Source of the DNA: a virus
Length of the DNA stretch: 64,000 nt
Reading direction: 5' to 3' (one strand)
IMG/VR virus record: IMGVR_UViG_3300034073_004910
Span: 30,403-94,402 of that record
Made by a program: the position numbers and the translations under genes. This document shows positions 55,981 through 64,000 of this stretch, piece after piece; positions within the stretch are counted from its first letter, which is position 1, and every line of letters begins with the position of its first letter. Under the pieces are notes generated by a model. That model saw only the letters and a program-made list of their open reading frames with translations. It ran no database searches and was not told the origin of the DNA.

Positions 55981-56657
55981 GTTATGGAGTTGAGATATTA
56001 AATGATAATGATAGAATTGTAATTGACACTAACTATGTAAACATAGTTCCTTTATTAGATCCTCCTACAGTAGTTGCCGGCGCGGCAGCTTACCCAGGCT
56101 ACGCTAACTCTTCAAATTCTGATTTAGTAGTTGCACAGCCTTCTACCACAGTTAATACAACGTTAGCTGTAAGAACAGGTGCAGGAGGGAGCGCTACTTG
56201 GAGTGCAGCCTCTAGGTATAATGTACTTCGTAGATTTGATAGTTTTTCTGATGATATCTTGCCGAGTTATGGGCTACTTGTTCGTAATGAATCGGCTAAT
56301 ATTATTTTTAGCTCAAATATAGGAAGAAATTTTGAAATTGTTACAATAGGAGTCTTTAATAGTTCTAAAGCAAATACTTTAAATATTGTATTACCCTCTT
56401 CAACTACATTATACTCAGATTTTAATAAATATTATTGTTGTATGGCAGGTACTTTGCTTTTTAGCTTTAATCTTTTTACCCCTCCTACTGGTTACGATTA
56501 CGTCCAAGCATACACTTTTTTATATGCTAATTCTACTCATGGCCAAATACGAATAGACAGTTATACTGCTACAAGAAATCTTGACCCGCCATATGGCACA
56601 ACATATGGCACAAGATTTTCTGATTTTCAATACATGATTTTAAAGGAGTTATCATGA
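55977..56657 (+). CDS. Tail-tip accessory protein
   Basis: MSYG.EI.N...YGL.V.N...IF.S. Confidence 0.65.
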   Translation: MSYGVEILNDNDRIVIDTNYVNIVPLLDPPTVVAGAAAYPGYANSSNSDLVVAQPSTTVNTTLAVRTGAGGSATWSAASRYNVLRRFDSFSDDILPSYGLLVRNESANIIFSSNIGRNFEIVTIGVFNSSKANTLNIVLPSSTTLYSDFNKYYCCMAGTLLFSFNLFTPPTGYDYVQAYTFLYANSTHGQIRIDSYTATRNLDPPYGTTYGTRFSDFQYMILKELS

Positions 56658-57112
56658 AACAATTTGCATCTGTAAGTTCTGATGGACAAATAGTCTCCGT
56701 CTTTTCACCCGGAAGAGACTCAGATTATTATGATGGTCAAGATTTAGGAAATAATCTTACCGCCTATGAAATTTCTTCTAATCTGGATCAAGCTACATTT
56801 TTGCACAACAACTATCGCAAAAATGGGGAATGGAAAACAAAACCGCCCCGACCCGGCGAGTATTATTTTTGGAATTTAGAAGCCGAAAACTGGATTTTCG
56901 ACTCCAATACATTATATTCACTTTTGCGAGAACAACGAGACGGCAGGCTATTTCGATCCGACTGGACTCAATTATCTGATGCTCCGTTGACAGAAAGTAA
57001 AAAACAAGAGTGGGCATTGTATCGCCAAGAACTGCGAGATCTGCCTCAAACTTATCCAAATCTAACTTCTCTCGAAGAAGTAATTTGGCCACAAGAGCCT
57101 TCAAATTCGTAA
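56654..57112 (+). CDS. Tail fibre assembly chaperone
   Basis: R..RD..L..SDWTQL.DAPL...W..YRQ.LRDLPQ...WP. Confidence 0.85.
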   Translation: MKQFASVSSDGQIVSVFSPGRDSDYYDGQDLGNNLTAYEISSNLDQATFLHNNYRKNGEWKTKPPRPGEYYFWNLEAENWIFDSNTLYSLLREQRDGRLFRSDWTQLSDAPLTESKKQEWALYRQELRDLPQTYPNLTSLEEVIWPQEPSNS

Positions 57113-57156
57113 TTTAAACTAACTCATTTTTAAAAAGCATACAAAAAAATTAGTAG

Positions 57157-57185
57157 TTGACACAAAAGTGTGTGTTTGTTATAAT
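57157..57185 (+). promoter_or_regulatory. Late promoter TTGACA-N17-TATAAT
   Basis: perfect consensus. Confidence 0.8.
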
Positions 57186-57208
57186 GAGTTCACAATGGAG
57201 GTACTATC

Positions 57209-57553
57209 ATGGCAGCAGGCACACATAATATAATCATTGACAAAGGCTCAGACTTTTCAATGCAACTTAGTTTAGTTCAGAGCGGAGCACCTGTAAGTTT
57301 GAGTGGGTACTCTGCACGTGCACATTTGCGAAGTTCAAAAAGTGTCTCAGCGCCTTTAGTTGCAACTTTTGTGTGCACTATACTGTCACCAAATACAGAT
57401 GGTAAAATTCATGTGCACATGCCAAATGCAAATACAAGTAATGTGACTCCAGGTAGATATTACTACGATCTTGAGATTTATACTGCAAACGATGCTACGG
57501 TCACACGACTTGTGCAAGGAGACGTTACTATAACGCCGGAAGTGACAAGATAA
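57209..57553 (+). CDS. Putative fibre adaptor protein
   Basis: ID.GSDF...L.GY.A.A..R...GRY.YD.E...RLV.G.V...PEVT; GGAGG RBS. Confidence 0.65.
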   Translation: MAAGTHNIIIDKGSDFSMQLSLVQSGAPVSLSGYSARAHLRSSKSVSAPLVATFVCTILSPNTDGKIHVHMPNANTSNVTPGRYYYDLEIYTANDATVTRLVQGDVTITPEVTR

Positions 57554-60500
57554 ATGAGTGAAAATCGCTTAGAAATTATCGTTCAAGAAAACGTTACTCA
57601 GGTAGTACCAGCGACTGAGCCTATAATTATTGAAACTTCTCTTGCAGTCGGCGAAGGCCCGCAAGGTGCTCAAGGATTTCAAGGCGATGCTGGCCCTACC
57701 GGCGCTCAGGGTGATGCTGGCGCTCAAGGTGACACAGGAGCTCAGGGCGACACAGGCCCGCAAGGAGATGCAGGCCCTCAAGGTGACATAGGAGTTCAAG
57801 GCGACGTAGGAGCTCAAGGCTTTCAAGGCGATGCAGGCCCACAAGGCGACGCAGGCCCTCAAGGTGATACAGGAGCTCAAGGCGACGTAGGTGCTCAAGG
57901 CTCCCAAGGCGATACTGGTGCTCAGGGCTTCCAAGGCGATACTGGTGCTCAAGGCTTTCAGGGCGATGTAGGCGCTCAAGGCGATGTAGGTGCCCAAGGC
58001 TTTCAAGGATACCAAGGCGATACTGGTGCTCAAGGCTTTCAGGGCGACACTGGTGCTCAAGGATTTCAAGGCGATATCGGGTCTCAAGGAAATGACGGAA
58101 ACTTTGGTGGCGCCACGTTTGACTACACTTTTGACACTGGAATAACTGAAGCAGACCCTGGAACGGGGAGACTGCGCTTTAATAATGCATCTGATATTAC
58201 TCTCGCCTCTGAGATGTATATTGATGACACTGACGACAATGCAACAGATATTCAGCCTTTTTTACGCACTATCGACGACTCCACTTCTACTATCAAAGGC
58301 CACTTTAGAGTTTCAAACAAATTTGATTCTTCGGACTTTGCTTTGTTTACGATCAGTGCAGTTACAGAAAACTCTGGGTACTTTAAGGTCACTTGTTCAT
58401 ATGTAAGTGGATCTTCAGCAACTTTTGATCAAAATGAAGACATTTTAATTACTTTTGCTCGAACTGGAGACAAAGGTGATACCGGTGCTCAAGGCTTTCA
58501 AGGCGATACTGGTGCTCAAGGCTTCCAAGGGGATACTGGCGCTCAAGGCTTTCAAGGCGATACAGGCGCTCAAGGATTTCAAGGCGATACGGGTGCTCAG
58601 GGCTTTCAAGGCGATATCGGTGCTCAAGGCTTCCAAGGCGATATCGGTACTCAAGGATTTCAAGGTGATGTAGGCGCTCAAGGCGATACAGGCGCTCAAG
58701 GCTTTCAGGGTGATACTGGCGCGCAAGGCTTTCAAGGCGATATAGGCGCTCAAGGCTTTCAAGGCGGTACCGGCGCTCAAGGCTTTCAGGGTGATATTGG
58801 AGCTCAAGGATTTCAAGGCGACACTGGCGCTCAAGGCTTTCAGGGTGATACTGGCGCGCAGGGCGACACTGGAGCTCAAGGCTTTCAAGGCGATACTGGC
58901 GCGCAAGGCTTTCAGGGGGATACTGGCGCGCAAGGATTTCAAGGCGATACTGGTGCGCAGGGCGATACAGGTGCTCAAGGATTTCAAGGCGATACTGGTA
59001 CTCAAGGATTTCAAGGCGACACAGGCGCTCAAGGCTTTCAAGGCGACACAGGCGCTCAAGGCTTTCAAGGCTTTCAAGGCGATACTGGCGCTCAAGGCTT
59101 TCAAGGCGACACAGGCGACACAGGCGCTCAAGGCTTTCAAGGCGACACAGGCGCTCAAGGCTTTCAAGGCGACACAGGCGCTCAAGGCTTTCAAGGCTTT
59201 CAAGGCTTTCAAGGCGATACTGGCGCTCAAGGCTTTCAGGGGGATACTGGCGCGCAAGGCTTTCAGGGCAACACTGGTGCGCAGGGCGACACTGGCGCTC
59301 AAGGCTTTCAGGGTGATACTGGCGCGCAAGGCTTTCAGGGCAATACTGGTGCGCAGGGCGACACTGGAGCTCAAGGCTTTCAAGGCGACACAGGCGGGCA
59401 GGGCGCTCAAGGCGACACTGGCGCTCAAGGCTTTCAAGGCGACACTGGCGCTCAAGGCTTTCAGGGTGATACTGGCGCGCAAGGCTTTCAGGGCGGCACT
59501 GGCGCTCAGGGTTTTCAGGGTGATACTGGCGCTCAAGGCTTTCAAGGCGACACTGGCGCTCAAGGCTTTCAGGGTGATACTGGCGCTCAAGGCTTTCAAG
59601 GCGACACTGGCGCTCAGGGTTTTCAAGGCGATACTGGCGCTCAAGGCTTTCAGGGTGATACTGGCGCGCAAGGCTTTCAGGGCAATACTGGTGCGCAGGG
59701 CGACACTGGAGCTCAAGGCTTTCAAGGCGACACAGGCGGGCAGGGCGCTCAAGGCGACACTGGCGCTCAAGGCTTTCAAGGCGACACTGGCGCTCAAGGC
59801 TTTCAGGGTGATACTGGCGCGCAAGGCTTTCAGGGCGGCACTGGCGCTCAGGGTTTTCAGGGTGATACTGGCGCTCAAGGCTTTCAAGGCGACACTGGCG
59901 CTCAAGGCTTTCAGGGTGATACTGGCGCTCAAGGCTTTCAAGGCGACACTGGAGCTCAAGGCTTTCAAGGCGACACTGGCGCTCAAGGCTTTCAGGGCAA
60001 TACTGGTGCGCAGGGCGACACTGGAGCTCAAGGCTTTCAAGGCGACACAGGCGGGCAGGGCGCTCAAGGCGACACTGGCGCTCAAGGATTTCAAGGCGAC
60101 ATAGGCGCTCAAGGCTTTCAGGGTGATACTGGCGCGCAAGGCGCTCAAGGCGACACAGGCGCTCAAGGCTTTCAAGGCGATACAGGCGCTCAAGGCTTTC
60201 AAGGCGACACTGGCGCTCAAGGCTTTCAGGGCAATACAGGTGCTCAAGGCTTTCAAGGCGATACGGGCGATACGGGCGCTCAAGGCTTCCAGGGTAGTAC
60301 GGGTGCTCAAGGGGACGCAGGCGCTCAGGGTTTTCAAGGCGACACTGGCGCTCAAGGCTTTCAGGGCAATACAGGTGCTCAAGGCTTTCAAGGCGATACA
60401 GGCGCTCAAGGTTTCCAAGGCGATATAGGTGCTCAAGGCTCACAGGGATTTCAAGGAGATACTGGCGCTCAAGGCTTTCAGGGCGATACTGGTGTTCAGG

Positions 60501-62275
60501 GATCCCAAGGGGATGCTGGTCCGGGCCTTCCTGCTGGAGGTCTTCCGGGCGAGTATATTGTTAAAAATACGTCTACTGACTATGATACAGTTTGGACTGA
60601 TCGCGTTAATGCTAAGACAATTTATGAAAATGTAAAAAATATTTCTGGTACCGCTTTAGTCAAAGGAACTCCAGTCTATCAAATCGGAGTAACAGGAAAT
60701 ACAGTTACGGTTGGTGTTGCAAGAGCAGACGATCCGGATAAATTTGCCATAGGTGTTTTAGATGAACCCTTAACTGACGAGCAAGAAGGACGAATGCTTG
60801 TTCTTGGCGAAATTAAAAACGTCAATACAGCAGGTTTTTCTTCTGGAGACAAGGTATATTTAGGTGCAACTGGAGGTTATACCAATATTCCTCCTACAGA
60901 TTCAAATACTGCTCGCCAATTTTTAGGAATTGTAATTCGTGTTGATACTGATGTAGGCTCTGGATATATTACTGGCACTTTGACAGAGGATGCAGTAAAA
61001 TATCAAAGTGGATCTTTTTATGGGTGGACTGGCAGCGCCTGGGAATTATTGGAACTTCAAGGCCCTCAAGGCGACGTAGGCGCTCAAGGCGCTCAGGGAG
61101 ATACTGGTGCTCAGGGCGCTACGGGCGCTCAAGGCGATACAGGTGCTCAGGGCGCTACGGGCGCTCAGGGCGCTACGGGGGCTCAAGGCGATACCGGTGC
61201 TCAAGGCGATACTGGAGCTCAAGGCGACTCGGGTGCTCAAGGCGATACTGGAGCTCAAGGCGACTCGGGTGCTCAAGGCGATACTGGTGCTCAGGGCGCT
61301 ACGGGCGCTCAAGGCGATACTGGTGCTCAGGGCGCTACAGGTGCTCAGGGCGCTACGGGCGCTCAAGGCGACACAGGTGCTCAAGGCGATACAGGTGCTC
61401 AGGGCGCTACGGGAGCTCAAGGCGCTACGGGAGCTCAAGGCGCTACGGGTGCTCAAGGCGATACTGGTGCTCAAGGCGCTACTGGCGCTCAAGGCGATAC
61501 TGGTGCTCAGGGCGCTACGGGCGCTCAAGGCGCTACTGGCGCTCAAGGCGATACTGGTGCTCAAGGCGACACGGGCGCTCAGGGCGCTACAGGCGCTCAA
61601 GGCGATACTGGCGCTCAAGGCGCTACGGGCGCTCAAGGCGACACGGGCGCTCAAGGCGATACTGGTGCTCAGGGCGCTACGGGAGCTCAAGGCGATACTG
61701 GTGCTCAAGGCGACACGGGCGCTCAGGGCGCTACGGGCGCTCAGGGCGCTACGGGCGCTCAAGGAGATACTGGTGCTCAGGGCGCTACAGGCGCTCAAGG
61801 CGATACTGGTGCTCAAGGCTTTCAAGGCGATACTGGTCCGACAATATATCCCGGGGCAGGGGTTGCAATATCAACAGGAACAGCGTGGGGCACCAGTAAA
61901 ACAGCTCCAAGCGGCGATATTGTTGGCACTACAGATACGCAAACTCTTACTGCTAAAACTCTTGGCAACTACACAGAAACAGTTTTTGCAATATCGGATG
62001 GCTCCACAGTAAATCTTGACCCAACAAACGGTTCTATTCAGACATGGACATTAGGAGCCAGCCGCACACCAGGACAAGCTAATTGGTCTGCTGGACAATC
62101 AATTACACTTTTAATTGACGATGGTACTGACTATGCAATTACCTGGAGTTCTCTGTCCGTTGTCTGGAAGACAGGAGGCGGCGTAGCTCCAACCCTTGAA
62201 ACTACTGGAGTTACTGTCATTGTATTATGGAAAGTTAGCACGACGATCTACGGTGCTCGGGTAGGTAACGCTTAA
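57554..62275 (+). CDS. Collagen-like fibre protein (three Gly-X-Y tracts separated by globular domains)
   Basis: [12 protein letters not shown] triplets over roughly 1100 residues. Confidence 0.9.
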   Translation: MSENRLEIIVQENVTQVVPATEPIIIETSLAVGEGPQGAQGFQGDAGPTGAQGDAGAQGDTGAQGDTGPQGDAGPQGDIGVQGDVGAQGFQGDAGPQGDAGPQGDTGAQGDVGAQGSQGDTGAQGFQGDTGAQGFQGDVGAQGDVGAQGFQGYQGDTGAQGFQGDTGAQGFQGDIGSQGNDGNFGGATFDYTFDTGITEADPGTGRLRFNNASDITLASEMYIDDTDDNATDIQPFLRTIDDSTSTIKGHFRVSNKFDSSDFALFTISAVTENSGYFKVTCSYVSGSSATFDQNEDILITFARTGDKGDTGAQGFQGDTGAQGFQGDTGAQGFQGDTGAQGFQGDTGAQGFQGDIGAQGFQGDIGTQGFQGDVGAQGDTGAQGFQGDTGAQGFQGDIGAQGFQGGTGAQGFQGDIGAQGFQGDTGAQGFQGDTGAQGDTGAQGFQGDTGAQGFQGDTGAQGFQGDTGAQGDTGAQGFQGDTGTQGFQGDTGAQGFQGDTGAQGFQGFQGDTGAQGFQGDTGDTGAQGFQGDTGAQGFQGDTGAQGFQGFQGFQGDTGAQGFQGDTGAQGFQGNTGAQGDTGAQGFQGDTGAQGFQGNTGAQGDTGAQGFQGDTGGQGAQGDTGAQGFQGDTGAQGFQGDTGAQGFQGGTGAQGFQGDTGAQGFQGDTGAQGFQGDTGAQGFQGDTGAQGFQGDTGAQGFQGDTGAQGFQGNTGAQGDTGAQGFQGDTGGQGAQGDTGAQGFQGDTGAQGFQGDTGAQGFQGGTGAQGFQGDTGAQGFQGDTGAQGFQGDTGAQGFQGDTGAQGFQGDTGAQGFQGNTGAQGDTGAQGFQGDTGGQGAQGDTGAQGFQGDIGAQGFQGDTGAQGAQGDTGAQGFQGDTGAQGFQGDTGAQGFQGNTGAQGFQGDTGDTGAQGFQGSTGAQGDAGAQGFQGDTGAQGFQGNTGAQGFQGDTGAQGFQGDIGAQGSQGFQGDTGAQGFQGDTGVQGSQGDAGPGLPAGGLPGEYIVKNTSTDYDTVWTDRVNAKTIYENVKNISGTALVKGTPVYQIGVTGNTVTVGVARADDPDKFAIGVLDEPLTDEQEGRMLVLGEIKNVNTAGFSSGDKVYLGATGGYTNIPPTDSNTARQFLGIVIRVDTDVGSGYITGTLTEDAVKYQSGSFYGWTGSAWELLELQGPQGDVGAQGAQGDTGAQGATGAQGDTGAQGATGAQGATGAQGDTGAQGDTGAQGDSGAQGDTGAQGDSGAQGDTGAQGATGAQGDTGAQGATGAQGATGAQGDTGAQGDTGAQGATGAQGATGAQGATGAQGDTGAQGATGAQGDTGAQGATGAQGATGAQGDTGAQGDTGAQGATGAQGDTGAQGATGAQGDTGAQGDTGAQGATGAQGDTGAQGDTGAQGATGAQGATGAQGDTGAQGATGAQGDTGAQGFQGDTGPTIYPGAGVAISTGTAWGTSKTAPSGDIVGTTDTQTLTAKTLGNYTETVFAISDGSTVNLDPTNGSIQTWTLGASRTPGQANWSAGQSITLLIDDGTDYAITWSSLSVVWKTGGGVAPTLETTGVTVIVLWKVSTTIYGARVGNA

Positions 62276-62961
62276 TGCTGGCTACATACCTCAAAGGAGG
62301 GTCTTCTGTACGAGCGGAATTCGTCAGTGCCTCCGCAGCGGTAGGAGGGAGCAGTAGCTTGTCGCCATCGCTTCCAGACGGGACAGCCATAGGTGATGTT
62401 GTGTTCATTTACTGCGCAAACCGCAACGGCCTGAACAGGTGGAACACGCCTACTGACTGGGAGCTGTTAGAGGAGACCACTAGCCATTCTGTCTTTGCAA
62501 GGCGTCGAGACTCGGAGTGGTCGATGCCGACGCTTACTTATACTGGGAATATCGCGCAAAGCGTAGCGCAGGCTGTAGCTATTCGAGGCTTGTTAAATAT
62601 ATCCACGGTCGAATCAATACTAGTCGCCGAGGCCGAAGTCACGGGGACCCAGCAGGATATGCCAATTCCAGCCTTGACAATTAGCAGTGGAAGCAATCTT
62701 TTTGTGATTTGTTTTGCTACTAAAGCGGCCACATCGGTTGCCGATGGTTTTTCGGTTTCGGATCTTGATGCGCCGTCACCCTGGACCGTCGGCAGCGCCG
62801 GAAAAGGTATTAATGGCACTTCATTAATATGCGCGACGTTTTACGTGCAGCAAGTCGGAGCGGCAACGAATATAAGCTCTGATACCGCGTTAATCGTCGC
62901 CGACCAAGATGAATCGTTATTCTGCCGGTCGTCCATTTTTGCTTTTCAAACTTCTGGGTAA
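62275..62961 (+). CDS. Fibre-associated beta-sandwich protein, possible receptor-binding module
   Basis: coupled to the fibre gene; P.G...GD.V...TP..W. Confidence 0.55.
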   Translation: MLATYLKGGSSVRAEFVSASAAVGGSSSLSPSLPDGTAIGDVVFIYCANRNGLNRWNTPTDWELLEETTSHSVFARRRDSEWSMPTLTYTGNIAQSVAQAVAIRGLLNISTVESILVAEAEVTGTQQDMPIPALTISSGSNLFVICFATKAATSVADGFSVSDLDAPSPWTVGSAGKGINGTSLICATFYVQQVGAATNISSDTALIVADQDESLFCRSSIFAFQTSG

Positions 62962-63030
62962 ATCAATTTGAGATTTGTGAATAACAAAAAACTATTTTGG
63001 GCGAAGAGTAGTCCAATCGGAGCAATTTAA

Positions 63031-63573
63031 ATGTACATAAAAATTATAAATACTATTCCTGTAAAATATACTCTCTCGCAACTACGAAAAGATAATCCGC
63101 AAGTTAGTTTTCCTGTTAACATTTCTAATAACTTAGCGGAGGAGTTTGGAGTCTATCCGTTACAAGCTACCCCTCGCCCACAAATAGATTATATTACTCA
63201 AAACTGTACTGAAGGAACCCCACAGTTTATAAACGGTAGCTGGGCTCAGACTTGGGTTATCTCTGACGCCTCTCAGGAAGAAATCGCAGAAAGAAAACAA
63301 AATTTAATAGACTCGATTACTGATGAAACTCAAAACAGGTTAGATTCATTTGCTCAAACAAGATTGTACGAAGGAATATTAAGCCTTTGTTCTTACCAAA
63401 ACAGTCCAAATCTTAAATTTAGAACCGAAGGTCAGTATGGAGTGGAAGCTCGAGATGCAACATGGTCAAAACTATATGAGTTGTTAGATGAAGTACTCTC
63501 AGGTACTAGACCAATTCCTTCCGGCTATGAAGACATTGCATCTGAGCTTCCAGTATTAGAGTGGCCTAATTAA
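63031..63573 (+). CDS. Fibre-associated / tail fibre assembly-like protein
   Basis: LR.DNPQVSFP; QNRLD.FA..R.Y..ILS.CSY...RDA.W...LP.L.WP. Confidence 0.65.
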   Translation: MYIKIINTIPVKYTLSQLRKDNPQVSFPVNISNNLAEEFGVYPLQATPRPQIDYITQNCTEGTPQFINGSWAQTWVISDASQEEIAERKQNLIDSITDETQNRLDSFAQTRLYEGILSLCSYQNSPNLKFRTEGQYGVEARDATWSKLYELLDEVLSGTRPIPSGYEDIASELPVLEWPN

Positions 63574-64000
63574 ATTTGTACTATACCAGGAATTCGCGGT
63601 CCGTTCTTCAACGCGAATAACCAAGCGTCCGTAATAGCTACATTATTATCCCACCAAAAGGTATTTAATTTAGCTTCCTGAAAGCGTATCGTTTTATTAC
63701 GAATATACATTGCTTTATTTTCCCGAGTATAATACCAAAAACTATTTTCATTCCAGTAGCTTACATGAGTAGGGTCTTGCCAGGCGCCTCTACCGTCTGT
63801 GCTCGGTACTTGAATAAATGCCCACCCGCCATGAGCTAATACTCGATGAATTTCGCTCATAATTTTTTGTTTGTCGTAAAGATGTTCAATAATGTGCGAG
63901 GCGTTAAGTACTCCGACACTGTTGTCTTCTAGTGGAATTCCTTCGTTTAAATTTGCGATTATATCTGCATCCTGCTGATCAATTGTTAGACACCCCGGTT
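63570..64000 (-). CDS. Class I SAM-dependent methyltransferase, 5' end outside the window
   Basis: PL.DNSVG...ASHIIEHL...EIHRVL..GG...DPTHVS. Confidence 0.8.
   Translation of the reverse strand, partial: PGCLTIDQQDADIIANLNEGIPLEDNSVGVLNASHIIEHLYDKQKIMSEIHRVLAHGGWAFIQVPSTDGRGAWQDPTHVSYWNENSFWYYTRENKAMYIRNKTIRFQEAKLNTFWWDNNVAITDAWLFALKNGPRIPGIVQI

Noticed and set aside
58445-62012. Long alternative-frame and antisense ORFs (663, 664, 437, 291, 259, 301 aa)
   Set aside because: Stop-free shadows of the collagen repeat codons.
1-64000. Prophage or alternative genetic code
   Set aside because: No integrase, repressor or host genes are seen, and long genes read through with the standard code.

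Overview
A 64-kb segment of a large lytic siphovirus with T5-like (Demerecviridae-like) head, neck and tail-tube genes. The host is probably a Gram-negative proteobacterium (spanins, sigma70 promoters, alphaproteobacterial-style tmRNA tag). Positions 1-23.3 kb hold mostly minus-strand early/accessory genes: a tRNA cluster (Ile-UAU, Lys, Gly, Thr, and Leu-UAA split by a group I intron carrying an HNH gene), a circularly permuted tmRNA, speD, thyX, a MazG-like gene, hsp20, bS21, lysis genes, a plcP-agt-like lipid-remodelling pair and a direct-repeat-flanked Gly/Tyr-repeat module. Positions ~23.3-31.0 kb are a repeat- and palindrome-rich region, probably the pre-early/terminal repeat. It is built from small gene cassettes (A2-like proteins, exonuclease, HAD phosphatase, HNH) separated by a recurring element: an ORF-less plus-strand promoter with an 18-bp spacer, a short palindrome and a Fur-box-like palindrome. 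Positions 31.0-63.6 kb are the plus-strand late operon: terminase, portal, fused protease-capsid, neck, tail tube, frameshifted tail chaperone, tape measure, lambda-like M/L/K/I/J tail tip and a very long collagen fibre. All calls come from motif recognition by eye; no searches were run.
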